The notes under the pieces are model-generated. The model was not told the origin of the DNA and did no database searches. It was given only the letters and a program-made list of their open reading frames with translations. This document shows, one piece after another, positions 21,589 through 30,940 of a stretch of DNA of 64,000 nt; positions within the stretch are counted from its first letter, which is position 1, and each line of letters starts with the position of its first letter. The translations under genes were made by a program, and so were the position numbers. This stretch comes from Syntrophaceae bacterium UBA7520 (lineage in GTDB: Bacteria > Desulfobacterota > Syntrophia > Syntrophales > Smithellaceae): positions 7,986 to 71,985 of the forward strand of contig DLNC01000010.1 of assembly GCA_002478265.1 (NCBI GenBank). Reading direction: 5' to 3'.

Positions 21589-21594
21589 GGGCTT

Positions 21595-21786
21595 TCATGC
21601 TCCTCTTCTTCTGGGTATTTCCTTAAGCTGTTTCTGCGAGCCGCCGAGTTTAGCTAATCTACGGGCGCTTTCCATAGCAATAAGCGCTTCCAGCCCTCGT
21701 TTAACAAGTGCTGTTTTTTCTTTAATTCCGGTAATTTTGGAAGCTTTGTCCACCAGGTTGTCGTCAATATTCAATGTTGTTCTCAT
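21595..21786 (-). CDS. vapB: Type II antitoxin VapB (DUF2191/ribbon-helix-helix-like)
   Basis: MRTTLNIDDNLVDKA start typical of this antitoxin family. GAGG RBS. 63 aa. Confidence 0.7.
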   Translation of the reverse strand: MRTTLNIDDNLVDKASKITGIKEKTALVKRGLEALIAMESARRLAKLGGSQKQLKEIPRRRGA

Positions 21787-21799
21787 CTTTTTACCTCAT

Positions 21800-21836
21800 A
21801 TAATATGTTCATATTAGTATGCATATTACATGCATA
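21800..21836 (-). promoter_or_regulatory. Putative vapBC promoter/operator (AT-rich palindromes)
   Basis: Two ATGCAT palindromes (21819-21824, 21830-21835) spaced 11 nt apart, and CATAT-A-ATATG (about 21797-21807), directly upstream of the vapB RBS. Confidence 0.35.
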
Positions 21837-21889
21837 AAAGTCAAGGGTTATCAGGTATGTTTTAAAGCTTGCTGCATGATATTAATTCC

Positions 21890-22083
21890 TTTCCAGAAAG
21901 ATTTTCCACGGATAACTTGGAATATCTTCGCCTGGAGCGTTTTAGAAAATTATTGGGGGGCTCAAGCGCATCCAGAAGGGGAGCGAATTTTACCGCCGCC
22001 ATATGATTGGCATTTACGCTGTGCAGATTGTTTTCATTTTAATTGCGGTGATTTATTTGTTTTGTAGATGATAACAATTAATA
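21890..22083 (+). pseudogene. Decayed duplicate of the GT25-like gene 3' end (direct repeat copy B)
   Basis: About 85% identical by hand alignment to 21005..21200. It has 1-nt deletions (T-run near 21905, G-run 21955-21960) that break the frame. The 82-aa ORF 21819..22067 in the track is an artefact of this fragment. Confidence 0.8.
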
Positions 22084-22230
22084 TACCAACTTGGTTTTTC
22101 CCGATATTTTTGGATATTCTACTTCCTCCCAGAAAAAAAGCAAAAAGAAAAATGTCCTTTTAAAACAAGCAATAAGCGGAATCAACTACTTGGCATTTTC
22201 TGGTAATAAAGACAAAAAACCAAGTTGGTA
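22084..22230. repeat. 147-bp element bounded by 16-bp perfect inverted repeats (MITE-like or structured RNA)
   Basis: TACCAACTTGGTTTTT (22084-22099) is the exact reverse complement of AAAAACCAAGTTGGTA (22215-22230). The arms are 115 nt apart and there is no ORF inside. Confidence 0.6.
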
Positions 22231-22257
22231 ATTTGTGATAAAAATGTCCCCCAAAAT

Positions 22258-23367
22258 TTATTTTGCCAGCCAGCCCAGGCCCTTGGCATGCAGGCTCTGA
22301 ATATATAGCTTATCTTTGGTTTCCGTCACGCCTGTTGTTTCTGGATAAGTTCCCTTGGGATTCTGCAGATCGGCAACCACCTTGCCGTCTTCGGTAAAGG
22401 CAAAGACATGGCCATACGGTTTGGGAACGGGCCAGAGCGCGCGCGGCAGGCGCAGGCTTAGTTTACGCATGAAAGGTTTGGGCATCATTTTATCAATGGC
22501 CGGGTTGCGCGGTTTAACGAGGCCCACCCAGATTTTGCCATCCATGCCCCGCATCAGGTTATCGGGATAGCCGGGAAGGTTATCAAAAACTACTTTAGCC
22601 AGTTTGCTGTCGCTGGCGATATCCAGATCGCGCAGGTTGACGGAAATTTTCCAAATGCGGTATTTGCCGGTTTCGGCCACGAAAAGCCACTGTTCATCTT
22701 CGCTTAAGGCCACGCCGTTGGCAAAACTGAATCCCTTGGCCACCACGCGGGTGATTTTCCTGGCCGGATCGTATTCCAGAATGCGACCGGTTGAGGACTG
22801 TTCCATGATATCCAGAATGCTCGCGTTAAACGTGCCGCCCCAGTCTTTGGGAGCGAAACGGGTGGAGGCGTCGCTGAAATAAATTTTGCCGTTTTTGGCC
22901 ACCACCACCGCGTCGGCATAGCGGATCGGGTCGCCATAGACTTTATCGGTGAGAATTGTCACCTGTTTATCGCGGCTGATGGAAAGAAGTCCTTTCACGG
23001 CGTCGGCGGCAATCATGTAGCCGCGCGCGTCAAAAGCAAAACCCAAAACGCGCCCGCCCGTGTTGATGAAAACTTCCTGCTTGCTGCCGTCGGGATTCAT
23101 GCGCAGAATGTTGCCGCTCTCCACCGTAGTGTAAAGCTTGTTGTCTTTGCCGATGACGATATGCTCCGGGCCCGCTTCCGCGCCCAGGGCGATTATTTTC
23201 AAGTCGGCAAGTCTCGTGTTGACCTCATGGGGACTCACATAGCCCGGAGGCATTGGCGCATCCCAGGCCACCGGCTTAATCGGCACCGGCCACATGATTA
23301 AATAAGCAATCAATGCGCAAACAATGATGATAACGACACTGACAAAAATTAACAGAGCTTTTTTCAT
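22258..23367 (-). CDS. Strictosidine synthase / SMP-30 / gluconolactonase-like beta-propeller protein, N-terminally membrane-anchored
   Basis: N-terminal TM helix and repeated beta-propeller blades (FANGVALSEDEQWLFVAET, DGKIWVG) typical of the SGL/strictosidine synthase family. Confidence 0.7.
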   Translation of the reverse strand: MKKALLIFVSVVIIIVCALIAYLIMWPVPIKPVAWDAPMPPGYVSPHEVNTRLADLKIIALGAEAGPEHIVIGKDNKLYTTVESGNILRMNPDGSKQEVFINTGGRVLGFAFDARGYMIAADAVKGLLSISRDKQVTILTDKVYGDPIRYADAVVVAKNGKIYFSDASTRFAPKDWGGTFNASILDIMEQSSTGRILEYDPARKITRVVAKGFSFANGVALSEDEQWLFVAETGKYRIWKISVNLRDLDIASDSKLAKVVFDNLPGYPDNLMRGMDGKIWVGLVKPRNPAIDKMMPKPFMRKLSLRLPRALWPVPKPYGHVFAFTEDGKVVADLQNPKGTYPETTGVTETKDKLYIQSLHAKGLGWLAK

Positions 23368-23414
23368 AACCGCCTCCTTGAAACTATTTTTTAAAAATGG
23401 TTAATGCCGCATTT

Positions 23415-24983
23415 TTACAGCGGTATGTTATTGTGTTTTTTAACCACTCTTGTTTCTTTTTTGTCTTTGAGCGCCTCCAGTAATGAGATGACGCGGATTC
23501 TCGTATCACGCGGAGCGATGATTTCTTCAATGATGCCCAGGGACGCCGCGAAATAAGGATTGTTGAATTTGTCCTCATAAGCGGCGACAAGTTCCGCTCT
23601 TTTTGCCGCGGGATCGCTGGCCGCGGAAATCTCCGCGCGATAAATTATGTTGCAGGCTCCTTCCGCGCCCATGACAGCAATTTCCGCCGTTGGCCAGGCC
23701 ATGACATAATCCGCGCCCAACTGTTTGGAACACATGCCCAGATAAGCACCGCCGTAGGCTTTGCGGATAATCACGGTAATTTTCGGCACGGTGGCTTCCG
23801 AATAGGCGTGCAGCAGCTTCGCGCCGTGGCGGATAATGCCCGCCCATTCCTGATTAGTGCCCGGCATGTAGCCGGGAACGTCAGTAAAGGTTAGAAGCGG
23901 AATATTAAAGGCGTCGCAAAAACGGATAAAGCGCGAGGCCTTGTCCGAGGCGTTCACATCCAAAACGCCTCCCATAAAGCGGGGATTGTTGGCGATCACC
24001 CCCACGGTCTGTCCCATTACGCGGATGAAGGCCACAACCATATTTTGCGCCCACATTTCCATCGGTTCGAACATCTCGTTGTTGTCGGCTATGGCTTTGA
24101 TGATCTTTTTCATGTCGTAGGCGCGATTGACTTTATCGGGCATAATGGTATCAAGCTCCGCACAGATTCTGTCGGCGCGGTCTGTGCAGTCAGCCGCGGG
24201 AAGAGGAGATTGACAACTATCCGGCAGATAGGAAAGCAGTGTTTTGATTTTTTCCAGACAGTCTTTGTCATTTTCCGTGACAAAATGGCAGACGCCGCTT
24301 TTGGTAGCGTGCGCTACCGCGCCGCCGAGTTCATCATGCGTAACTTCCTCGCCGATGACGGCTTTGATGACGTCCGGGCCGGTGATATACATGTAGGAAC
24401 TTTGTTTGACCATGAAAACCCAGTCGGTAAGCGCCGGGGAATAAACCGCGCCGCCCGCGGTAGGGCCCATGATGGCAGTAATCTGCGGAATATAGCCGGA
24501 GGCGATAGTGTTGCGGTAAAAAATTCCGCCGTAGCCTTCCAGCGCCGGCACGCCTTCCTGAATGCGCGCGCCGCCGGAATCATTGAGAGCCACAAACGGC
24601 TTGCGCGCGGCGAGAGCCATATCCATAACCTTCCAGATTTTTTTGGCGTGCATTTCGCCTAGGCTGCCGCCGGAGCTGGTGAAATCCTGCGCCGCGGCAA
24701 AAACTACCCGGCCGTTGACTTTGCCGAAGCCGGTCACGACACCGTCGGAAGGTATCTCTTTTTTATCCAGGCCGAAGAGCGTGGAACGGTGCCGCACAAA
24801 AAGCTGCACTTCTTCAAACGTACCTTTATCAAAGAGCAGATCTAGCCGCTCGCGCGCGGTAAGCCTGCCGCCTTCGTGCTGCTTGTTAACCTGCTTTTCG
24901 CCGCCCATCATCTTGATGGTCTGGCTTTTTTTCTCAAATTCATTGATTTTGTCTTTTGTTGTTTTCTGTGAGTCGTCCGCCAT
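23415..24983 (-). CDS. Acyl-CoA carboxylase carboxyltransferase subunit (PccB / methylmalonyl-CoA carboxyltransferase / MmdA family)
   Basis: 522 aa with both crotonase-like carboxyltransferase halves (FAAAQDFTSSGGSLGEMH, DVPGYMPGTNQEWAGIIRHGAKLL). Confidence 0.9.
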   Translation of the reverse strand: MADDSQKTTKDKINEFEKKSQTIKMMGGEKQVNKQHEGGRLTARERLDLLFDKGTFEEVQLFVRHRSTLFGLDKKEIPSDGVVTGFGKVNGRVVFAAAQDFTSSGGSLGEMHAKKIWKVMDMALAARKPFVALNDSGGARIQEGVPALEGYGGIFYRNTIASGYIPQITAIMGPTAGGAVYSPALTDWVFMVKQSSYMYITGPDVIKAVIGEEVTHDELGGAVAHATKSGVCHFVTENDKDCLEKIKTLLSYLPDSCQSPLPAADCTDRADRICAELDTIMPDKVNRAYDMKKIIKAIADNNEMFEPMEMWAQNMVVAFIRVMGQTVGVIANNPRFMGGVLDVNASDKASRFIRFCDAFNIPLLTFTDVPGYMPGTNQEWAGIIRHGAKLLHAYSEATVPKITVIIRKAYGGAYLGMCSKQLGADYVMAWPTAEIAVMGAEGACNIIYRAEISAASDPAAKRAELVAAYEDKFNNPYFAASLGIIEEIIAPRDTRIRVISLLEALKDKKETRVVKKHNNIPL

Positions 24984-25202
24984 AAATCCTTCTCCGTTTC
25001 CCCCTCAAAATTTTGCCGATTTTCTTAAGTGTTCAATGTTAAAAGAAATATTTGTGACGCGGGAAATCCTAGCTTTTTTGTAAAAAACTGGCAAGAAAAA
25101 ATAACACTCTGAATCGCTAAAATGAGCTCCCCAACGATTTTTTGGTAAAACTTATGCTTTATTTTTTCGGGCAAACCGCATAAATTCACCTGCGGTGAAA
25201 AA

Positions 25203-25955
25203 ATGACGGATAAAAACATACGCAATTTTAAAATAGTTGTGGAATACGACGGCAGCGCCTACCGCGGCTGGCAGAGGCAGAAAAACGGTCTATCCATACA
25301 GCAGGTGCTGGAAGAGGCGATTAAGAAAATCACGGGGCAGAAAGTTTCCGTCATCGGCTCAGGTCGGACGGATGCCGGCGTGCACGCGCTCAATCAGGTG
25401 GCGAGTTTCCGCTGCGTCACAAAATTGCCGGTAAACAGCATCTACCGCGGCGTCAACAGCGTATTGCCTGAAGATATCGTGGTGAAGGAGATGGAAGAAG
25501 TTCCTTTTGAATTTCACGCCCAGCGCGATGTTAAAAGTAAAATTTATGTCTATAAAATCTGCAATCAGAAACTCCGCCCCGCGCTGGGAAGAAATTATTC
25601 CTGGTTTGTCCGCTTTGATCTGGACTTGCCGAAAATGCGGCAGGCGGCAAAATACCTGCTCGGCACGCATGATTTTTCCTGTTTTTGCGCCACCGGCACG
25701 GACGTGCAGGACCGCGTGCGCACAATTATGAATATCGAAATAAAAAAAGTTGCACAAGGCAACATTGAAATAATTGTGGAAGCGAAGGGATTTTTAAAAT
25801 ATATGGTGCGCAATATCATCGGGACGCTGGTGGAAGTAGGGCGCGGCAAACGCCTGCCGGAAGAAATGAAAAAAATCATTGCCTCACGAGACCGGAAAAT
25901 CGCGGGAGCCACCGCGCCCGCGCACGGCCTTTTTTTGATGGAGGTTAAATACTAA
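25203..25955 (+). CDS. truA: tRNA pseudouridine(38-40) synthase TruA
   Basis: YDGSAYRGWQRQ and the catalytic GSGRTDAGVHA motif. Confidence 0.9.
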   Translation: MTDKNIRNFKIVVEYDGSAYRGWQRQKNGLSIQQVLEEAIKKITGQKVSVIGSGRTDAGVHALNQVASFRCVTKLPVNSIYRGVNSVLPEDIVVKEMEEVPFEFHAQRDVKSKIYVYKICNQKLRPALGRNYSWFVRFDLDLPKMRQAAKYLLGTHDFSCFCATGTDVQDRVRTIMNIEIKKVAQGNIEIIVEAKGFLKYMVRNIIGTLVEVGRGKRLPEEMKKIIASRDRKIAGATAPAHGLFLMEVKY

Positions 25956-25957
25956 GC

Positions 25958-26860
25958 GTGAAGATACTGCTTTTGGGACATAAAGGCATGCTGGGGTGTG
26001 ACCTGCTGGCAAAATTATCCTCAGACCATGATGTTGTCGGCATGGACAAAGATGAAATCGACATTACCTGCGAAGACGATTGCCGGAAGGCGATTGCCCA
26101 GGTCGGTCCGCAGATTGTAGTCAACGCCGCCGCGTTTACCAATGTGGACGGCTGCGAGAAGCAAAAAGAAGAATGTTTTGCCGTCAATGCCGGGGCGGTT
26201 AAAAATATCTGCGTGGCCTGCCATGGTAAAAACATTAAAATAATCCACTTCAGCACGGATTATGTTTTTGACGGTAAAAACACCCATCCGTACACGGAAG
26301 AAGATCAACCCAATCCGATTAATGTCTATGGTGAGTCAAAGCTTGCCGGAGAACAATATTTACAAGCGCTTTCCGGTGATTATTTGCTTATCCGGACCTC
26401 GTGGCTTTACGGCGTAAACGGCAAAAATTTTGTCCGTACGATTCTGGAAAAAGCTGAAGCCAAACATTTTATTCAAGATACGGCTGCCCGGGTAAAGGCA
26501 ACGCCTGATGAACCATCGTATCTTTCGGTAGTGGATGACCAGATTGGCTCTCCCACTTATACAAAAGATCTGGTCGCGGCGGTGGATTTGCTTATTTCTC
26601 AAAATCAGAACGGCATTTTTCATGTTACCAACCGCGGGCACTGCAGTTGGTATGAATTTGCTGTGCGGATTTTAAAAGAAGCGGGCATGGATGATGTGGA
26701 AGTCAGGCCGATTAAAACAAGTCAATTGCCAAGGCCGGCCATGCGCCCCGCCTACAGCGTTTTGAGCATGCAGAAATTCATCACGCTTACCGGCAAAACA
26801 CCGCAGCCCTGGCAGCTTGCCCTCCAGGATTATCTTAAAAATATCAAGAAGATGCAGTAA
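25958..26860 (+). CDS. rfbD: dTDP-4-dehydrorhamnose reductase
   Basis: GTG start 3 nt after the truA stop. The NAAAFTNVDGCE and STDYVFDG motifs are characteristic of RmlD. Confidence 0.85.
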   Translation: MKILLLGHKGMLGCDLLAKLSSDHDVVGMDKDEIDITCEDDCRKAIAQVGPQIVVNAAAFTNVDGCEKQKEECFAVNAGAVKNICVACHGKNIKIIHFSTDYVFDGKNTHPYTEEDQPNPINVYGESKLAGEQYLQALSGDYLLIRTSWLYGVNGKNFVRTILEKAEAKHFIQDTAARVKATPDEPSYLSVVDDQIGSPTYTKDLVAAVDLLISQNQNGIFHVTNRGHCSWYEFAVRILKEAGMDDVEVRPIKTSQLPRPAMRPAYSVLSMQKFITLTGKTPQPWQLALQDYLKNIKKMQ

Positions 26861-27019
26861 CGGGTAAGCAGCTCTTTTAGTAAGCCATTAAAAATACAAA
26901 AGATTTAATTCCTGTTGCAACCTGCCGCGGATTTTGTTACTTTTAAGTTGAAAGTACTTGAGTTTATATCGTTTTTAAGAAGCGTTTGAACTTCGCTGCA
27001 CGGCACAAAGGAGGCCTTT

Positions 27020-27868
27020 ATGAAGTCAAGATGCGCATTCCTGATGCTTGTCACCGGTATATTTTTAACTTTTGTCACAAACGGATTTTGCCAGGTAAAA
27101 ACATCCCCGGTGGAGTCAGTGGAAAAATACGGCCAGAGTACCATTAACTGGTCGGTGGGTTACATCGAGGCGATGGGGCTCGGCGCGTCGCCGGACAGCG
27201 CCACGGCAAAAATCCAAAACCGTCCCATAGCCCTGCGCGCTGCTAGAGACATGGCTTCACGCAATTTGGCGGAAATCGTCAGGATGGTGCAGGTAGATTC
27301 TTCGGCAAAGCTGGTAAATCTCATGGCGCAAAACAGCGCGCTCAATACTCAGGTTAACGCGCTGATTCAAAGCTCCATTGTTGCCGATCAACAATTTATG
27401 CCGGACGGCACGGTGGAAATAAGATTACGTATCGCGCTTTATCGCGAACTGGGTCAGGCGATTTACCCTTTGCTTGTAGTAACGAAACAAGAGGCAAACA
27501 CACCCGTGGCAACCGGCGCCGCGCCCGTGGCGTTTACGGGAATTGTTATTGACGCGCGCGGCACGGGCGCAAGGCCGGCAATATTCCCCAAAATTCTGGA
27601 TGAAGACGGCAAAGAAATCTACACCGCGTCAATGGTTGACAGTGATGCTTTCGCGCAGTTCGGCATGAGCGGCTATACGCGAGAAATCATGATCGGCCCC
27701 AGGCATCCGCGCGTGGCGCCCAGCGCGCTCATCATCAAGGCGATAAGAGCATCAGGCATGGGTAAGGCAGATGTCGTCATCAGCAGGGAAGACGCGCAGA
27801 AAATAAGTGCCGCGCCGCAAAGCGCCGGTTTGTTCCAGCAATGTCGGATAATGATGGTAGTGGACTAA
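27020..27868 (+). CDS. Secreted protein with LPP20-like N-terminal domain, unknown function
   Basis: Signal peptide. The AMGLGAS...ALRAARDMASRNLAEIV segment resembles LPP20-family lipoproteins. I do not recognise the C-terminal half. Confidence 0.45.
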   Translation: MKSRCAFLMLVTGIFLTFVTNGFCQVKTSPVESVEKYGQSTINWSVGYIEAMGLGASPDSATAKIQNRPIALRAARDMASRNLAEIVRMVQVDSSAKLVNLMAQNSALNTQVNALIQSSIVADQQFMPDGTVEIRLRIALYRELGQAIYPLLVVTKQEANTPVATGAAPVAFTGIVIDARGTGARPAIFPKILDEDGKEIYTASMVDSDAFAQFGMSGYTREIMIGPRHPRVAPSALIIKAIRASGMGKADVVISREDAQKISAAPQSAGLFQQCRIMMVVD

Positions 27869-27893
27869 GGAAAAAAGTAAAAAATAATTTTGC

Positions 27894-27931
27894 AGGCCGC
27901 GGTCGATGGTAAAATGACCGCGGCCTTTTTT
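27894..27931 (+). terminator. Rho-independent terminator
   Basis: AGGCCGCGGUC-(11-nt loop)-GACCGCGGCCU, an 11-bp perfect stem followed by UUUUUU. Confidence 0.8.
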
Positions 27932-28002
27932 CATGCCGGATAATATCTAGCAAGTCTTTCTGAAATGTTATAAAGAGAAAACAAATCAGCAGGAGTATTT
28001 TT

Positions 28003-29790
28003 TTGTCCCAGCATATTATTGTTTTATCCGCGGATATTGCCAGTAAAATTGCCGCCGGAGAAGTGGTGGAAAGGCCGGCATCAATTGTCAAGGAACTGTT
28101 GGAAAATTCCATTGACGCCGGAGCCGCAAATATAAATGTGGAGCTGGAAAAAGGCGGCTGCCAGTCAATCAAGGTTAGTGACGACGGCGCGGGTATTGAC
28201 ACCATTGACGTGCCGCTGGTTTTTGAAAGACATGCCACCAGCAAAATCCGCAGTTTTGAAGATATCTACAGTGTTTCTTCTTTTGGTTTCCGCGGCGAAG
28301 CCATGCCCAGTATCGCTTCCGTGGCCAGAGTGGAACTGATTACCAGAAAGGAAGGCGAAAAAGAAGGAATTAGAGCGGTAGCAGAAAGGGGCGCGGTAAA
28401 AGAGATAGCTCCCGCGGGCGCGCCGGTGGGCACGCAGATATTGGTGAGTAATATTTTTGCCCATATTCCCGCGCGCAAAAAATTTCTCAAAAAAGAAGCA
28501 ACGGAACAGGGATTGTGCATGGACGCGATAACGCGCCTGGCTTTAGCGCATCCAGAAATCCGTTTCCGTGTGTTAGTTAACGGCAAAGAAGTGTTTACCG
28601 CGCCGCAAACAAAAGATTTGAAACAGCGTGTCGCGGCCGTTCTGGGTATGGATTTTTCCGCCAGCTGCATCAGCGTGCAGGGCAGAAATGAAAATATTAG
28701 TTTGTCAGGATTTGTTTCACATCCGGAATTTACCCGCGCCAATTCCAAAAATATTTATTTTTACGTCCATAAGCGTTTTGTACGTGATAACAGCCTGTTA
28801 CATGCTGTTTTATCCGCTTACCGGCAGATCATACCGCCAAGGCGCTATCCGGCAGGCGTAATTTTTATCGAACTGCCGCCGCAGGACGTCGACGTGAACG
28901 TGCATCCGGCAAAACTGGAAGTACGCTTCAAAGACGCGCGCGCTGTTTATGAGCTTCTCTCCAATGCTGTCGCCGGTCAGCTCGCGGGGCTTTCCGCATC
29001 CAAAGGAAGTTTTGTTTATCGACTGGCGGACAAGAAAGAAGAACCGGCGGCGCAAGCGTGGACAAGACAGCAGAAATACACGGATAAAACGTCGAATTAT
29101 TCTTCCAGCGGCAGGAATGCCTCAAGTATGCTTTCGGATATAGAGACAATACCAAATGTGATCAGCTCTCAAGCCCTACCCGAAGCAGGCCAACATCAGC
29201 AAAAGCAGCTAACTTTTTCCGGCTTGAATTATTTAGGGCAGTTTGCCGGCACTTATCTGGTTTTCTCATCCACGGAAGAATTACTGCTTATCGATCAGCA
29301 TGCGGCGCATGAAAGAATCCTCCTGGAAAAACTGAAAAGAACATCAAGCGAGAAGTTACCAGCGCAGCAGTTGCTCATGCCGGAAATTGTCAGCATGCCG
29401 CCACACCAGATTGATCTGTTCGCGCAGAATATGGATTTACTCAAACAAACCGGGCTGGAAGTGGAAGTGTTCGGCAAGGACGCGCTAGCCATAAAGGCGC
29501 TGCCGGCAATATTATCCGGCGCTCAGGCCAGGGAAATAATCGCCGACATCGCTGATAAACTGAAGGAACAAAATGAGTCCGCTTCCTGGCAGGAAAAGAA
29601 AGAGGAAATATTCGCCTCGTTGGCCTGCCGCGCGGCGATTAAGGCCAATCACGAACTCTCCACGGACGAAGTAGGCGCGCTTTGCCGGGAACTGTCCGAG
29701 GCGCCTTATAACGCCACCTGCCCGCACGGGCGACCTATCACCGTTAAAATTTCTTTGAGCGAAATTGAAAGAATGTTCAAAAGAAAATAA
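28003..29790 (+). CDS. mutL: DNA mismatch repair protein MutL
   Basis: TTG start after AGGAG. GHKL ATPase N-terminus (IAAGEVVERPASIVKELLENSIDAG) and a C-terminal dimerisation/endonuclease domain (DQHAAHERI). Confidence 0.95.
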   Translation: MSQHIIVLSADIASKIAAGEVVERPASIVKELLENSIDAGAANINVELEKGGCQSIKVSDDGAGIDTIDVPLVFERHATSKIRSFEDIYSVSSFGFRGEAMPSIASVARVELITRKEGEKEGIRAVAERGAVKEIAPAGAPVGTQILVSNIFAHIPARKKFLKKEATEQGLCMDAITRLALAHPEIRFRVLVNGKEVFTAPQTKDLKQRVAAVLGMDFSASCISVQGRNENISLSGFVSHPEFTRANSKNIYFYVHKRFVRDNSLLHAVLSAYRQIIPPRRYPAGVIFIELPPQDVDVNVHPAKLEVRFKDARAVYELLSNAVAGQLAGLSASKGSFVYRLADKKEEPAAQAWTRQQKYTDKTSNYSSSGRNASSMLSDIETIPNVISSQALPEAGQHQQKQLTFSGLNYLGQFAGTYLVFSSTEELLLIDQHAAHERILLEKLKRTSSEKLPAQQLLMPEIVSMPPHQIDLFAQNMDLLKQTGLEVEVFGKDALAIKALPAILSGAQAREIIADIADKLKEQNESASWQEKKEEIFASLACRAAIKANHELSTDEVGALCRELSEAPYNATCPHGRPITVKISLSEIERMFKRK

Positions 29791-29793
29791 TTC

Positions 29794-30726
29794 ATGAGCA
29801 AAATTCCCCTGGTGATCATAAACGCGCCGACCGCAACCGGCAAAACTTCTCTGGCGATAATGCTGGCGCGGAAATTTGGCGGCGAAATCGTCAACGCCGA
29901 TTCCATGCAGGTGTACCGCCATATGGATATCGGGACAGCCAAACCGACAAAAGAGCAAAGACGCGAAGCGCCGCATCATTTAATTGACGTAGTTGATCCG
30001 GATGAAGAATTCAACGCGGCGCTCTATGCGGAGACGGCGCGGGCGGTTATCGGGGAAATTAATGAGCGAAAAAAACCGGTTTTTGTGGCAGGAGGGACCG
30101 GCCTTTACATACGCGCGCTCACCAAGGGTATCATCGATACGCCCGCTGTGGACGAAAAAATACGTAATCATTATAAAAAATTAGGTGAAACGCGCGGCAA
30201 AAACTATCTTTTCGAACTGCTTAAAGAAAAAGACCCGGCGGCGGCCTTTCGGATTAACCCCAACGACGCGGTAAGAGTCATCAGGGCTCTGGAAGTTTTC
30301 GATCAGACCGGTGAGTCTATTACTTCAAAGCAGATCCGCCACGCCTTTTCCTCAACCCCGTACCGTACGTTGAAAATTGGCTTGCGGGTTGAACGCGAAA
30401 TTTTAAAGGCGAGAATAGCAGCCAGAACAAAAGAGATGATTGCGGCAGGTTTTGTCGATGAGGTAAGAGGCCTTTTACAGCGCGGCTACAGCCAAAAACT
30501 CAAGCCAATGCAGTCGCTGGGCTATCGGCAGATTATCCGATATCTGGCCGGCGATTATGACCTGAAACAGGCCGAGCTTTTAATTGCCCGCGATACCTGG
30601 CACTATGCCAAACGTCAGATGACCTGGTTTGCCGCAGATAAAAGCATCCAATGGTTTGCCCCAGATAATGAGCCCAAAATTGAAGCGGAAGTTAAAAATT
30701 TTTTACAGGAAAATGACCTTATTTAG
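29794..30726 (+). CDS. miaA: tRNA dimethylallyltransferase
   Basis: P-loop APTATGKTS and DSMQVYRHMDIGTAKP. Confidence 0.95.
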   Translation: MSKIPLVIINAPTATGKTSLAIMLARKFGGEIVNADSMQVYRHMDIGTAKPTKEQRREAPHHLIDVVDPDEEFNAALYAETARAVIGEINERKKPVFVAGGTGLYIRALTKGIIDTPAVDEKIRNHYKKLGETRGKNYLFELLKEKDPAAAFRINPNDAVRVIRALEVFDQTGESITSKQIRHAFSSTPYRTLKIGLRVEREILKARIAARTKEMIAAGFVDEVRGLLQRGYSQKLKPMQSLGYRQIIRYLAGDYDLKQAELLIARDTWHYAKRQMTWFAADKSIQWFAPDNEPKIEAEVKNFLQENDLI

Positions 30727-30742
30727 GAGGCAGGAATATTGC

Positions 30743-30771
30743 TTGACAAGCGACAGGTTATGAAGATAATT
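30743..30771 (+). promoter_or_regulatory. Sigma70-type promoter of the valS leader
   Basis: TTGACA (30743-30748), 16-17 nt spacer, then GATAAT/ATAATT (30765-30771). Confidence 0.55.
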
Positions 30772-30917
30772 ATGCATTTTTCAAAAGACGGGTTGTGATG
30801 ATAAGGATTTTTAAAATGATCATACGGAAAAAAAGGCTAGGCAGCCAAGTAAAAAAACGGATTTTAAGCCGCCTGCTATAAGTTAACGCACTTTTTATGA
30901 AAACAAAGAGCTAAAAC

Positions 30918-30940
30918 AGGGGGCGAAGAGCCCTTTTTAT
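30918..30940 (+). terminator. Weak hairpin plus U-tract in the valS leader (possible attenuator)
   Basis: GGGC-GAAGA-GCCC (30921-30933), extendable by G-U pairs, followed by UUUUUAUUU. Lies 35 nt before the valS ATG. Confidence 0.35.

Noticed and set aside
21795-21840. dif/Xer-like site next to the vapBC cassette (an IMEX-type insertion)
   Set aside because: The AT-rich palindromes do not match the CATAAT-N6-TTATG core arrangement of dif. Operator/promoter function is the simpler reading.
25155-25202. GGGCAAACCGCA...UGCGG just upstream of truA, considered as a GEMM-like start
   Set aside because: No CGCAAAG junction or second helix follows. The sequence runs straight into the truA start codon, so this is a coincidental match.
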